This document shows positions 35,934-45,070 of a DNA stretch of 63,238 nt, in pieces (the first letter of the stretch is position 1; each line of letters opens with the position of its first letter). The position numbers and the translations under genes are program-made. The notes beneath the pieces were generated by a model. That model had not been told where the DNA came from, did no database searches, and saw only the letters and a list, made by a program, of their open reading frames with translations. Source of the DNA: Clostridia bacterium DTU022 (GTDB taxonomy: Bacteria > Bacillota > Dethiobacteria > DTU022); assembly GCA_001512835.1 (NCBI GenBank), contig LFRQ01000013.1:1-63238 (forward strand), read 5' to 3'.

Positions 35934-36887
35934 ATGGCTTTGCTAAAGCCGCTGCCGCCCGGGGAGGCCTTCTGGAAAAGGGTCCAGCGGGGGGAGCTGG
36001 GGACCCTGGCCGCCCTGGAGGCTCTGGGCGGAGAACCAGCCGGGGCCGGGCTGGAGAACCGGGCGGCCCTGCAGGAAGCCCTGGCGGAGTTGGAACAACT
36101 GGTCGGCTTAAAAGATGTCAAGCAGGTTGTGGAAGAGCTGCGGGCGTACATCGAAATTCAGAAAAAGAGGTCCCGGCACCACCTGAAAAACGAACCCCTG
36201 GTTTTACATACCGTTTTTAAGGGAAACCCGGGAACGGGAAAGACGACGATAGCCCGGCTGCTGGGCCGGATCCTAAAAGGCCTGGGCGTTCTTCCCCAGG
36301 GCCATCTGGTGGAGGTGGAGCGGGCCGACCTGGTGGGCGAGTATATCGGCCATACGGCCCAGAAAACCAGGGAGGTCCTGAAAAAGGCCCTGGGCGGCAT
36401 TCTATTTATCGATGAAGCCTATTCCCTGGGGCGGGGAGGGGAAAGGGATTTCGGTAAAGAAGCCATCGACCTTCTCGTCAAGGGCATGGAAGACTACCGG
36501 AACGATTTTGTGCTCATCCTGGCGGGCTACCGCCGGGAGATGGAGCATTTCCTGGCCCTGAACCCGGGACTAAGCTCCCGCTTTTCCCTGCACCTGGATT
36601 TTCCCGATTACAGCATTGCCGAACTGATGCAAATAGCCGACCTGATGGCCACGGAGCGCCACTACCGCCTCTCTCCCGGCGCCAAAAGCTACCTGCGCCG
36701 CTTTTTGCTGGAACAGAAGCAGAAGGAGGCTTTCAACTTCAGCAATGCCCGCCTGGTAAGAAACACCCTGGAGAGAGCGATGCGCAGGCAGGCGCTGCGC
36801 TTAAGCAAAAAGCCGCTGGAGCCAACCCGCGATGAGTTGATGACCATCGAAAAGACGGATCTGGCGGAGGACGGCTATGAATCTTAA
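35934..36887 (+). CDS. spoVK: stage V sporulation protein K-like AAA+ ATPase (CbbX/SpoVK family)
   Basis: Walker A GNPGTGKTT, Walker B ILFIDEAY. 317 aa, in the conserved position before hflX-ynbB. Confidence 0.85.
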   Translation: MALLKPLPPGEAFWKRVQRGELGTLAALEALGGEPAGAGLENRAALQEALAELEQLVGLKDVKQVVEELRAYIEIQKKRSRHHLKNEPLVLHTVFKGNPGTGKTTIARLLGRILKGLGVLPQGHLVEVERADLVGEYIGHTAQKTREVLKKALGGILFIDEAYSLGRGGERDFGKEAIDLLVKGMEDYRNDFVLILAGYRREMEHFLALNPGLSSRFSLHLDFPDYSIAELMQIADLMATERHYRLSPGAKSYLRRFLLEQKQKEAFNFSNARLVRNTLERAMRRQALRLSKKPLEPTRDELMTIEKTDLAEDGYES

Positions 36888-37491
36888 TGTGGCCGTGGTC
36901 GGGGCCGCCCGATCGGGGAAAAGCTTGTTTTGCATCAATTTTGCCGAGTACCTGGGGGCCAGGAGCCTCTGCTACACCGAAGAGGGCCCCTACGGGCGGG
37001 GGAGAGGGGTTATTACCCCCGAACAGGCCAGGAAGCTCATGGTGGAGCCCGGTTCCCGAACCAACGGCACCGTGCGCACCTTTGCCGTAAACCGCCTGAA
37101 CGGCAAGCCCCTGCGCATTGCCTTTACGGATACCACGGCGCTGCTCCAGGAAGAACCTCTGCCTAAAAGAGAACGCCTCAAACTGATTGCCACCCTGCAG
37201 GCCATCCGGAGAGCCGATTTGATTATTCATCTCATTGACCTGACCTGCACCGATCCCTCCCGCCTGGATTTCGTAGGGAAAATTCACCGCTCCCTGGCGG
37301 CCGCCTGCAGCGGCCAGGGACAGCGGTACCTCCCCCTGGGCAGCAAGTGCGATCTGCTCCAAGAGACAGCCCCGGCGGCAAAGTTATTAATGCCGCCCCT
37401 GAAGTGGATCGAGCCTATATCCTCCCTTACCCGGGAGGGTTTTCCCAGGATCAGGCAATATCTCCTGGCCGGGGCCAACGAGCTGGCCTAG
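36877..37491 (+). CDS. small P-loop GTPase-like protein (uncharacterised)
   Basis: 204 aa. G1 GAARSGKS, G3-like FTDTTAL (DxxG Gly replaced), G4 SKCD, G5-like SSLTREG. ATG overlaps the spoVK end by 11 nt. Confidence 0.6.
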   Translation: MNLNVAVVGAARSGKSLFCINFAEYLGARSLCYTEEGPYGRGRGVITPEQARKLMVEPGSRTNGTVRTFAVNRLNGKPLRIAFTDTTALLQEEPLPKRERLKLIATLQAIRRADLIIHLIDLTCTDPSRLDFVGKIHRSLAAACSGQGQRYLPLGSKCDLLQETAPAAKLLMPPLKWIEPISSLTREGFPRIRQYLLAGANELA

Positions 37492-38046
37492 CAGGGCCGG
37501 CAGAAAACAACCGGCCTCCTCGAAGAAGCGATTGCCAGCCTACGGCGAAGCGCGGCCGCTGTCCTTCTGTTAACCGGGGACGCCTTGAAAAACGATCTAA
37601 CAGCGCCCGGCAAATCGTGTTGGGCGGCCTTGTCGTCGAACCGAACTCCTTTCGAAGCCGCCAAAGCCGCCCGGATAAGGCCGGCCATGGCGGGACAGTG
37701 TAGAAATTGGCACCAGGCAACGGGACAACGGCGCGCCGGCCCGGCGAAAAGGGAGGTATGAAATTTTGGGGCGCACCACTCACAGAATACCCTATATTTT
37801 TACGTTCAAGCAGGAAACCGGCGCTTTTCTTGGAAATAGATATTTGGAGGGGCAGCCTCCAGGCACCGGTAAAGTTGGAGAAATCATGAAATGCGAATCT
37901 TAAGGACCAACGGCGCCTGCTGTATGGCAATGGGCAATGGTTTTGGCAGGGAGCCGTAAGGATGCCTTCGGGGAGGCCGCCAAAGCAAGGAAACAACGCC
38001 AAATCTATCCGGCAGGAATTTGAAGCAGCCGATCCGGAATGATTGC

Positions 38047-38091
38047 TAAGCAAACTAATCCTGAAGGGTTATTAAGCAAACTGATCCTGAA
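38047..38091 (+). repeat. 19-nt direct repeat, two copies with 26-nt period
   Basis: TAAGCAAACTAATCCTGAA (38047-38065) and TAAGCAAACTGATCCTGAA (38073-38091). Confidence 0.8.
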
Positions 38092-38103
38092 AATTTGGAA
38101 ATA

Positions 38104-38221
38104 GGAGGGGGTGCGTAATCCTCCGTTGGCGCCGCCATGAGATAATTCCAAAAGGTGGCCAACCCCGGGAAATGGTTGCCTTCCCAGGGCATGGCGGCTG
38201 AGCCGGCATAAAAAACAGGAG
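38104..38221 (+). ncRNA. structured RNA candidate (possible Moco/Tuco-type riboswitch, unverified)
   Basis: Perfect 9-bp helix GCCGCCATG (38131-38139) / CATGGCGGC (38190-38198) encloses GGGAA/TTCCC and GGCCAACC/GGTTGCC pairings. 5' CCTCCG and 3' AGGAG are reminiscent of the Moco motif. It lies upstream of a W/Mo-pterin enzyme gene, but also upstream of a good sigma-A promoter. Confidence 0.3.
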
Positions 38222-38275
38222 ACCACATCTACCCGCTGCGAATGGACATAAAATAATTCCTTTTTTCTCCCCCGG

Positions 38276-38305
38276 TTGACAAATACAGGCTGTAAAAACT
38301 AATAT
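38276..38305 (+). promoter_or_regulatory. sigma-A type promoter of the AOR gene
   Basis: TTGACA (38276-38281), 18 nt, TAATAT (38300-38305). Confidence 0.5.
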
Positions 38306-38417
38306 ATAGGTATATATGTATAAATTGTATGCAAATCAATTGGGCAAAACCGCTGCGGTACAATCAGGACAAAAAGAGGGATGGAGAACAGGTCAGAATA
38401 TTTGTAGGAGGAAGAAA

Positions 38418-40511
38418 ATGAAGGGTAACTGGGGCAAGATTTTAAAAGTGGATTTAACCAATGGAGTATTCGAGGATATTGAACTCCCGGAAAAGGATTA
38501 CCGCGATTTCCTGGGCGGCAGCGGCCTGGCCGCCAAGTGGTTCTTTGACCATGAGTGCTGGAAAGCAGATCCCCTTTCTCCGGAAAATCCGCTGATGATC
38601 ATGCTGGGACCCATCTCCGGCCTTACCGTGCCGGGAACCTCCCGGCTGGAAATCTGTGCCCGCTCCCCCCTGACCAGGATCTGGGGCGAAGCCTGCATGG
38701 GAGGCCACTTCGCCCCGCAGCTTAAAGCTACCGGCTATGATGGAATTATTATTACGGGCGCTTCAGAGAAGCCTGTTTATCTCTTCGTAACCGATAAGAG
38801 CAAAGAGATAAGGGATGCTTCTCATCTCTGGGGCAAGGACACCTATGAAACGGAAGAGTCGCTCAAAGAAGAAGTGGGCGACAAGCGCGCCCAGGTAATT
38901 TGCATCGGTCCGGCCGGCGAGAACCTGGTGAAATTTGCCAGCGTAATGAACAACCGGGGCTCTACAGCGGGAAGGTGCGGCATGGGAGCCGTAATGGGCT
39001 CCAAAAAGCTAAAGGCGGTAGTGTGCCGGGGCAAAAAGAAGCCCGTCGTCGCCGATGAAGAGGCCATGAAAGAGCTCCGCAACCGGATGGTGGAAAACAT
39101 CAAGCTGAACCTGTTGAGCAAAGGCCTGAAGGCTTTCGGCTCCAACGTGCACATGGAATACGGCATGGCCGTCGGCGACGTTCCCGTCAAAAACTGGCGC
39201 CAGGCCTACTGGGAGGAAGGCCAGAAGAAGTTAAGCGGAAGCAACGTCGCCAGGACCATCTTAACCAAGAGCCATTCCTGTTATGGCTGCCCCATTTCCT
39301 GCAAGCGCCTGGTTAAAGTGGATTACGGGCCTTTCCGCATGGAGGAGGGCCCCGGTGCCGAGTATGAAGCGGCAGCCGCCCTGGGGACCATGCACCTGAT
39401 GGACTCCGTGGAAGCCAATAACAAGGCCAACGAGCTGTGCAACCGCTTTGGAATGGATTGCATCTCCGCCGGTGCCACCCTGGCCTACGCCACCGAGGCG
39501 TATTTAAACGGCGTTTTTACGGATAAAGAAACGGGAGGCATCAAACTCGGCTGGAACAAGCCGGAGGTGATGCTGGAGCTGCTGGAAAAAACCGCCTACC
39601 GGGAAGGATTCGGGGATATCCTGGCCGAGGGCACCAGAGCCATCTCTGAAAAATACGGGGGAAAGGAATACGCCATCCATGTCAAGGGATTGGAGTGCCC
39701 CATGCATGATCCCCGGGCCTTATGGTCCCTGGCCCTCACCTATGCCACCGGCATCAGGGGAGCCTGCCACTGCGCCGACGCCAACCTGTACATCGAATTG
39801 GGCGTCGGCAACAACGACGATCTGAATATCCCCCGTTCCAAGCCCCTCAGAGCGGAAGGCAAAGCGGCTCAGACCATCGGTGCCCAGGTGAAAGGGATTA
39901 TTACCAACTCCGCCATTATCTGCGAATATGTGAAGACGGCCGGCACCGACGATGTGAACGATTTGCTGAACCTGATCAACGCCGCTACCGGCTTCGGCTA
40001 CACCCTGGAGTCCCTGGTGGAGACGGCCCACCGGATCTGGTACCTGAAACGGGCTATCGGCAACCTCTGCGGGGCCACCCGGGAGGACGACCGGCTGCCC
40101 CGGCGTCTTCTGGAGCCCCATCCCGAGGGGCTTACCTCCAAGTTGACGGCCGTGCTCAATCCGCAGTTTTCCTTCTTGTTCCCCTTGCTAAAAAAGATCC
40201 GGGCGGAAAAATTCATGGATGCCCTTGGCTCCGTTGCCAACGCCGTTCTCTTCCCCAATTTCAACAAGATTATGCGGGCAACCAGGTTTCTGCCGGGCAT
40301 CTGGGGGAGCGACCGGGCTTTAAAGGCAGGGAGGGCCGACGAAATCCAGCGCCGGACCATTCCCTTCGATTCTATGCTGGAAGAATACTACAGGCTGAGG
40401 GACATCGACGAAAGAGGGTTCCCCAGGAGGAGGCGCCTGGAGTCCCTGGGATTGCAGGCCGTCGCCGATGCCCTGGAGCGGATGTCGGAATCGCCTGAAG
40501 CAACTGCATAA
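38418..40511 (+). CDS. aldehyde:ferredoxin oxidoreductase-family tungsto/molybdopterin enzyme
   Basis: N-terminus WGKILKVDLTNG...DFLGGSGLAAKWF, an AOR_N-type fold, and a CxxCxxxC-like SHSCYGCPISCKR cluster motif. 697 aa, longer than the roughly 600-aa AORs. AGGAGG RBS. Confidence 0.85.
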   Translation: MKGNWGKILKVDLTNGVFEDIELPEKDYRDFLGGSGLAAKWFFDHECWKADPLSPENPLMIMLGPISGLTVPGTSRLEICARSPLTRIWGEACMGGHFAPQLKATGYDGIIITGASEKPVYLFVTDKSKEIRDASHLWGKDTYETEESLKEEVGDKRAQVICIGPAGENLVKFASVMNNRGSTAGRCGMGAVMGSKKLKAVVCRGKKKPVVADEEAMKELRNRMVENIKLNLLSKGLKAFGSNVHMEYGMAVGDVPVKNWRQAYWEEGQKKLSGSNVARTILTKSHSCYGCPISCKRLVKVDYGPFRMEEGPGAEYEAAAALGTMHLMDSVEANNKANELCNRFGMDCISAGATLAYATEAYLNGVFTDKETGGIKLGWNKPEVMLELLEKTAYREGFGDILAEGTRAISEKYGGKEYAIHVKGLECPMHDPRALWSLALTYATGIRGACHCADANLYIELGVGNNDDLNIPRSKPLRAEGKAAQTIGAQVKGIITNSAIICEYVKTAGTDDVNDLLNLINAATGFGYTLESLVETAHRIWYLKRAIGNLCGATREDDRLPRRLLEPHPEGLTSKLTAVLNPQFSFLFPLLKKIRAEKFMDALGSVANAVLFPNFNKIMRATRFLPGIWGSDRALKAGRADEIQRRTIPFDSMLEEYYRLRDIDERGFPRRRRLESLGLQAVADALERMSESPEATA

Positions 40512-40533
40512 AGGGTAAAGGAGCAGATTATTC

Positions 40534-40785
40534 ATGATTACCGTAAAGCTGCCTTCCCTTCTCCACAAGGAGCTGGGGGAAGAGGAGTACACCAGCAAGG
40601 CCCGGACCGTTGGAGAATTACTGGAAGAACTGGCCAATCGCTATGGCTCCGAAATCATCTCCCGCTACCAGCGGCACTTTGCCGTTTTCGTCAACGGGAG
40701 GGACAGCCGGGAGCTCAAGGGAGAAAAAACAAAGCTGAGAAAGGGAGATACAGTGCAGATCTACCTGGTTATTGCCGGCGGCTAG
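40534..40785 (+). CDS. MoaD/ThiS-family ubiquitin-like sulfur carrier
   Basis: 83 aa ending in Gly-Gly (VIAGG). AAGGAG RBS. Directly downstream of the AOR gene. Confidence 0.7.
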   Translation: MITVKLPSLLHKELGEEEYTSKARTVGELLEELANRYGSEIISRYQRHFAVFVNGRDSRELKGEKTKLRKGDTVQIYLVIAGG

Positions 40786-40809
40786 CGGTTATTCTACGAA
40801 TTATATTTC

Positions 40810-40850
40810 ATGAAAACAGCCCCTTTTTGGAGCTGTTTTCATCTTATTTG
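40810..40850 (+). terminator. rho-independent terminator after the MoaD-like gene
   Basis: ATGAAAACAGC ... GCTGTTTTCAT 11-bp stem followed by CTTATTT. Confidence 0.65.
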
Positions 40851-41189
40851 CAGTGTTTTGCTTGTCATCGGCATTCCAGGCTTCGGCCTGAAGTTGTTCT
40901 CGTATTTTTCGGCCCTGCGCAGCATTTTGAGAAGGAGCCGCCACCCGGAGGCAAAAAAATGCCCTTGAAACCGGCTTTGCGGGGAAGGGCGCGAATACAC
41001 CCGGCCGTACAGGGAGTTTAAACTCTTTCCCCGAAACATTCAATTATGTTAAGATTATGATGAACAATAAATCGATAGCCAAGCAATTCGGAAGCAGCCC
41101 GGCCCATTCCCTTGGCCGGGGATTAAATCAAGGAAGGCCAAAGTAGGAAGAAAGGGGTTTAAAGCAACCTGTCTGCAGAAAAAGCCGTA

Positions 41190-42467
41190 TTGGTCGGCCT
41201 GGAAACGCCGTCAGAAGAGCATAGATTTGATGAGGAAATGGAGGAGTTGTCCCTGCTGGCCCGGACGGCAGGGGCGGAAGTAGTAGCCGTCAGGACGCAG
41301 AAGAAGAAGGCCCCCGATCAGGCTTACTATATCGGGAAGGGAAAAGCCCGAGAGCTGGCGGAAACGGTGCAGCAACGGGAAGCAGAACTGGTCATCTTCA
41401 ACGACGAACTCTCTCCCACCCAGGTGCGCAACCTGGAAGCCCTGCTGGGGGTTAAAGTAGTCGATCGCACCGCCCTAATCCTGGACATTTTTGCCCGCCG
41501 GGCGCGCACCCGGGAAGGGAAGCTGCAAGTGGAACTGGCCCAATTGCAGTACCTGCTGCCCCGCCTGATCGGGAAGGGGGAGCAGCTTTCCCGGCTGGGA
41601 GGCGGCATCGGGACCCGGGGTCCCGGCGAAACCCAGTTGGAGGTAGACCGGCGGGTTATCCGCAAGCGCATCGGCGAACTGCGCCGGGAGATCAATTCCC
41701 TGAGGCGGCACCGCCACCTGCACCGGCAGAAGCGGAAGCGCCACGAGTATCCCCTGGTTAGCCTGGTGGGCTATACCAACGCCGGCAAATCCACGCTGCT
41801 GAACGCCCTCACCGGAGCGCAGCTATATACCGAGGACATGCTCTTCGCCACCCTGGATCCCTCCGTCCGGCGGGGTGTCCTCTCCGACGGCCGGGTGGTC
41901 CTCTTTGCCGACACCGTGGGCTTTATCCACCGCCTGCCTCCCCAGCTCTGGAGCGCTTTCCAGGCCACCCTGGAGGAGATTAACGCCGCCGATCTGCTTT
42001 TGCACGTGGTCGACATCTCCCACCCCGATTGCCTGCACCAGATTACCGCCGTTCGCCAGCACCTCTCCCGCCTGGATCCGGAATACTACCGGCGGGAGCT
42101 GATGGTTTTCAACAAGCTGGACCGCCTCCAGGAACCTTCGGTCCGGCGGTACCTGGAGCGGGAGTTTCCGGAAGGCTGCTTTATCTCCGCACTCCGGGGG
42201 GAAGGCCTCCCTCAGTTGGAGGAGGCTGTGGCCCGGGCATTGAGCCAAACGGCCCGGAGGATTAAACTGTACCTGCCCTACAGCAAGGCCGCCTTGCTTT
42301 ACCGGATTCGACGCAGCGGAAAGGTTTTGGAGGTCGGCTACGGGCCCCGCTTCCTGGAGGTGGAGGCGGAGGTGGGCCAGGCCGACGCCGCCCGGCTGGA
42401 AGAGTACCGCCGGCCGCCGGCAGAAGAGGGCGGCCCTGAATCCCCCCTCTCCAAGGAGGGTTGTTGA
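41190..42467 (+). CDS. hflX: GTPase HflX
   Basis: HflX N-domain (ELSLLARTAGAEVV, ALILDIFARRARTREGKLQVELAQL). G-domain GYTNAGKST, DTVGF, NKLD. TTG start; an in-frame stop lies at 41160. Confidence 0.9.
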   Translation: MVGLETPSEEHRFDEEMEELSLLARTAGAEVVAVRTQKKKAPDQAYYIGKGKARELAETVQQREAELVIFNDELSPTQVRNLEALLGVKVVDRTALILDIFARRARTREGKLQVELAQLQYLLPRLIGKGEQLSRLGGGIGTRGPGETQLEVDRRVIRKRIGELRREINSLRRHRHLHRQKRKRHEYPLVSLVGYTNAGKSTLLNALTGAQLYTEDMLFATLDPSVRRGVLSDGRVVLFADTVGFIHRLPPQLWSAFQATLEEINAADLLLHVVDISHPDCLHQITAVRQHLSRLDPEYYRRELMVFNKLDRLQEPSVRRYLEREFPEGCFISALRGEGLPQLEEAVARALSQTARRIKLYLPYSKAALLYRIRRSGKVLEVGYGPRFLEVEAEVGQADAARLEEYRRPPAEEGGPESPLSKEGC

Positions 42468-42470
42468 AGC

Positions 42471-43742
42471 ATGGCGCTGCGAACTTACTCCTACCTGGAC
42501 TGCCTGAACCTGCCCGACCCCCTGTCCCGCTGGGTCCCGGAATCCCTGGAGGCGGTGGCGCCCCAATGGGAAAAGATCGACGCCACCGTTTTTATAAACC
42601 AGTACCGGGTCCTGGAGGCCTTTCGCCAGGAGCGGGTCAGCGATGCCGATTTTGCCGAAAGCAGCGGCTACGGCTACGGCGACCAGGGGCGGGACAAGCT
42701 GGAAAGAATATTTGCCCGCGTCTTCCACGGCGAAGCCGCCCTAGTGCGCAGCCAGATGGTCTCGGGCACCCATGCCTTGTGCATCGCCCTTTTTGCTTTG
42801 CTCCGCCCCGGGGAGCTGCTGCTCTCCCTGACCGGCCCGCCTTACGATACGCTGCAAACAGTAATCGGGAGCAAGGGTTCCGAGGAGGGGAACCTGGCCC
42901 AGTGGGGGATCCGCTACCACTACTGCCAGGAAACGGACCGCCGCGGCTACCCGGACCTGGAGGGGCTGGACCCCGCCTTGAATCCCCGGCTTATCCTGAT
43001 CCAGCGTTCCCCGGGCTACGATCCCTATCGTCCCCCCCTGACCATCTCCCTTATGGAGAGCTTGATCGCGGCGGCCCGGCGCCGCTACCCGGAAGCCTGG
43101 ATCCTGGTAGACAACTGCTACGGCGAATTCGTGGAGGCCTGGGAGCCCACTGCCGCCGGGGCGGACCTTCTGGTCGGCTCCCTGATTAAAAATCCGGGCG
43201 GGGGGCTGGCCCCGGGGGGAGGCTACGCCGTGGGGCGCCGGGAGCTTATCCATAAAGTTGCCGCGCGGATGACCGCCCCCGGCCTCAATGCCGCTCTGGG
43301 ACCGCTGACGGCCAAAAGAAACCTTTACCAGGGGCTCTTCATGGCCCCCGTTCTGGCGGGCAACGCCTTGAAAAATGCCGTCTTTGCCGCGCACCTTTTC
43401 GCCCGGATGGGCTACCCCGTGCGCCCGGCTTTCGACCAGGAGCGGGGAGACATCGTGCAGACCATTTTTTTGAAAAGCGCCGAGAAGGTGAGGCGCTTCT
43501 GCCAGGCCATCCAAAAATACTCGCCCGTGGACGCCCACCTGACCCTGGAGCCGGCGCCCCTGCCGGGCTACGAAGACCCGGTAATCATGGCGGCGGGCAC
43601 CTTCTACCAGGGAGCTTCCGGCGAGCTCAGCGCCGATGCCCCCATGCGGGAGCCTTATGCCGTCTTCCTGCAAGGGGGGCTTACCCTGCCCCACGCCCTG
43701 GCCGCCACCTGCCTGGCGGCGGCGGAAGTATTAAAGGAATAA
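42471..43742 (+). CDS. ynbB: YnbB-type PLP-dependent methionine gamma-lyase-family protein (aluminium-resistance family)
   Basis: 423 aa. SSGYGYGDQGRDKLE and GSLIKNPGGGLAPGGGY motifs. Conserved position after hflX. Confidence 0.8.
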   Translation: MALRTYSYLDCLNLPDPLSRWVPESLEAVAPQWEKIDATVFINQYRVLEAFRQERVSDADFAESSGYGYGDQGRDKLERIFARVFHGEAALVRSQMVSGTHALCIALFALLRPGELLLSLTGPPYDTLQTVIGSKGSEEGNLAQWGIRYHYCQETDRRGYPDLEGLDPALNPRLILIQRSPGYDPYRPPLTISLMESLIAAARRRYPEAWILVDNCYGEFVEAWEPTAAGADLLVGSLIKNPGGGLAPGGGYAVGRRELIHKVAARMTAPGLNAALGPLTAKRNLYQGLFMAPVLAGNALKNAVFAAHLFARMGYPVRPAFDQERGDIVQTIFLKSAEKVRRFCQAIQKYSPVDAHLTLEPAPLPGYEDPVIMAAGTFYQGASGELSADAPMREPYAVFLQGGLTLPHALAATCLAAAEVLKE

Positions 43743-43855
43743 AGAATTAGTAGCAAAGGAATAAAAAAATAATAAAGAATAATTGCCCATAAATATATTA
43801 AGAGAGTCGTCCCCTTAATATATGTAGCGGCATATATCGAAAGAACCGTCCCTGA

Positions 43856-43888
43856 TCCAAAAATATTGGGCACCCTTCGCGGGTGCCC
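43856..43888 (-). terminator. terminator of the rubrerythrin gene
   Basis: GGGCACCC-ttcgc-GGGTGCCC hairpin, followed on the minus strand by AATATTTTT. Confidence 0.7.
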
Positions 43889-43926
43889 ATGAACCGTTTC
43901 TCCTATTGATCTTTCCAGCGGTGCCC

Positions 43927-44358
43927 TCAACTGAAATACCTTTTTAGCAAGCCCTCCAGGGCCTGGGCGTGCCTGGCCTCGTCCCGGGAAGATTCGTCGA
44001 AAAAGTCGTGCCCGTGGTCGTTGTTGATCTCCTTGGCCTTCAGCGCCGCTTCCCGCTTGCCCCGGTTGGCCATAATCTCTCCTTGCAGCATCCTTTCCAG
44101 GTTCTCCTTGGTGCTGGCGGAGATACGGCCGTTCAACTCGGCAAACCGGGCGGCATGCTCCGCCTCTTCCCAGGCGATGTCCTGCAATATCCTGGCGATT
44201 TCGGGATATCCTTCCCGCTGGGCCTGCCGGGCCATGGCCAGGTAGAGGCCCACTTCCATGGTCTCACCCCGAAATTCTTTATCCACTGCCTCCTGCAGCT
44301 CCGTCTCCCTGGTAACTCCCAGGGCTACGTGGTTAATTAGAGTTTGGGTGTTGCTCAT
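43927..44358 (-). CDS. rubrerythrin-family diiron protein (no rubredoxin domain)
   Basis: 143 aa. ExxH diiron motifs ([21 protein letters not shown]) and an N-terminal [12 protein letters not shown] helix. Confidence 0.8.
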   Translation of the reverse strand: MSNTQTLINHVALGVTRETELQEAVDKEFRGETMEVGLYLAMARQAQREGYPEIARILQDIAWEEAEHAARFAELNGRISASTKENLERMLQGEIMANRGKREAALKAKEINNDHGHDFFDESSRDEARHAQALEGLLKRYFS

Positions 44359-44446
44359 CTTGATTCCTCCTTCTATAAATGGTGATTAAATGGTGGCTTA
44401 TATTTTCAAGGCCGCTCCCGGCAGGAGAGGAAGCCGGGAGAGGGCC

Positions 44447-44860
44447 TTAATAACGGCAAGCCGGACAGTGCCCGTAAAAATTTACCTCCATGGACTGGAC
44501 CTTCAGCCCCGGTGTTTTCCGGGCCATCTCCAGAAACTCGCTAAATCTCTGGGTGAGTTCCCCGTTTACATCTAAAACCATGCCGCAGCGGTGGCAGTAA
44601 AAATGGGCGTGGGGGAGGGTATTTCCGTCATAGCGGTACAGGTTGTCGATGCTGAGCTTCCAAACCAGGCCGGCATCTTCAAAAGACTGCAAGGTTTTAT
44701 AAACGGTGTTAAAACTAATCGATGGGAAGCGCTCCCGGACAAGGTCGTACACCGTCTCCACCGACGGGTGGGCCTTGGTGGAGCGCAGGATATCCAAGAT
44801 GGCCAGGCGCTGGGGCGTCACCCGTAAACCCTTGCTTTTTAAAAGCGTGGCGGTATCCAT
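44447..44860 (-). CDS. perR: Fur-family regulator, PerR-like
   Basis: GLRVTPQRLAILDIL DNA-binding helix, HHH-type site (PHAHFYCHRCG), and C-terminal CPAC. GGGAG RBS. Confidence 0.8.
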   Translation of the reverse strand: MDTATLLKSKGLRVTPQRLAILDILRSTKAHPSVETVYDLVRERFPSISFNTVYKTLQSFEDAGLVWKLSIDNLYRYDGNTLPHAHFYCHRCGMVLDVNGELTQRFSEFLEMARKTPGLKVQSMEVNFYGHCPACRY

Positions 44861-44897
44861 GAATATAACTCCCTTCAATATAGATAATAATTACTAC

Positions 44898-44911
44898 ATA
44901 ATAATTATTAT
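44898..44911. promoter_or_regulatory. Fur/PerR-box-like palindrome upstream of perR
   Basis: Perfect 14-bp palindrome ATAATAATTATTAT, 38 nt upstream of the perR start. Confidence 0.6.
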
Positions 44912-45070
44912 CATGTTGTATTATTTTTGTCAATAGGCTAGAAGCATATTTTAAAAAATTTTGGTTTGGGCAACTGGGAAAACGGCCGAAGACAAGCTTG
45001 GCAAATAGAGCGGCGCCTGCCCGTTGAGGGCGGCGGCAAAAAAGGGCTTCCCGGGGGAGGGGAGGGGGAT

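Noticed and set aside
37451-38053. 200-aa minus-strand ORF, and several 60-aa ORFs, in the spacer upstream of the AOR gene.
   Set aside because: The composition is Arg/Ser/Pro/Gly-rich, with no RBS and no motifs. The ORFs overlap each other in different frames.
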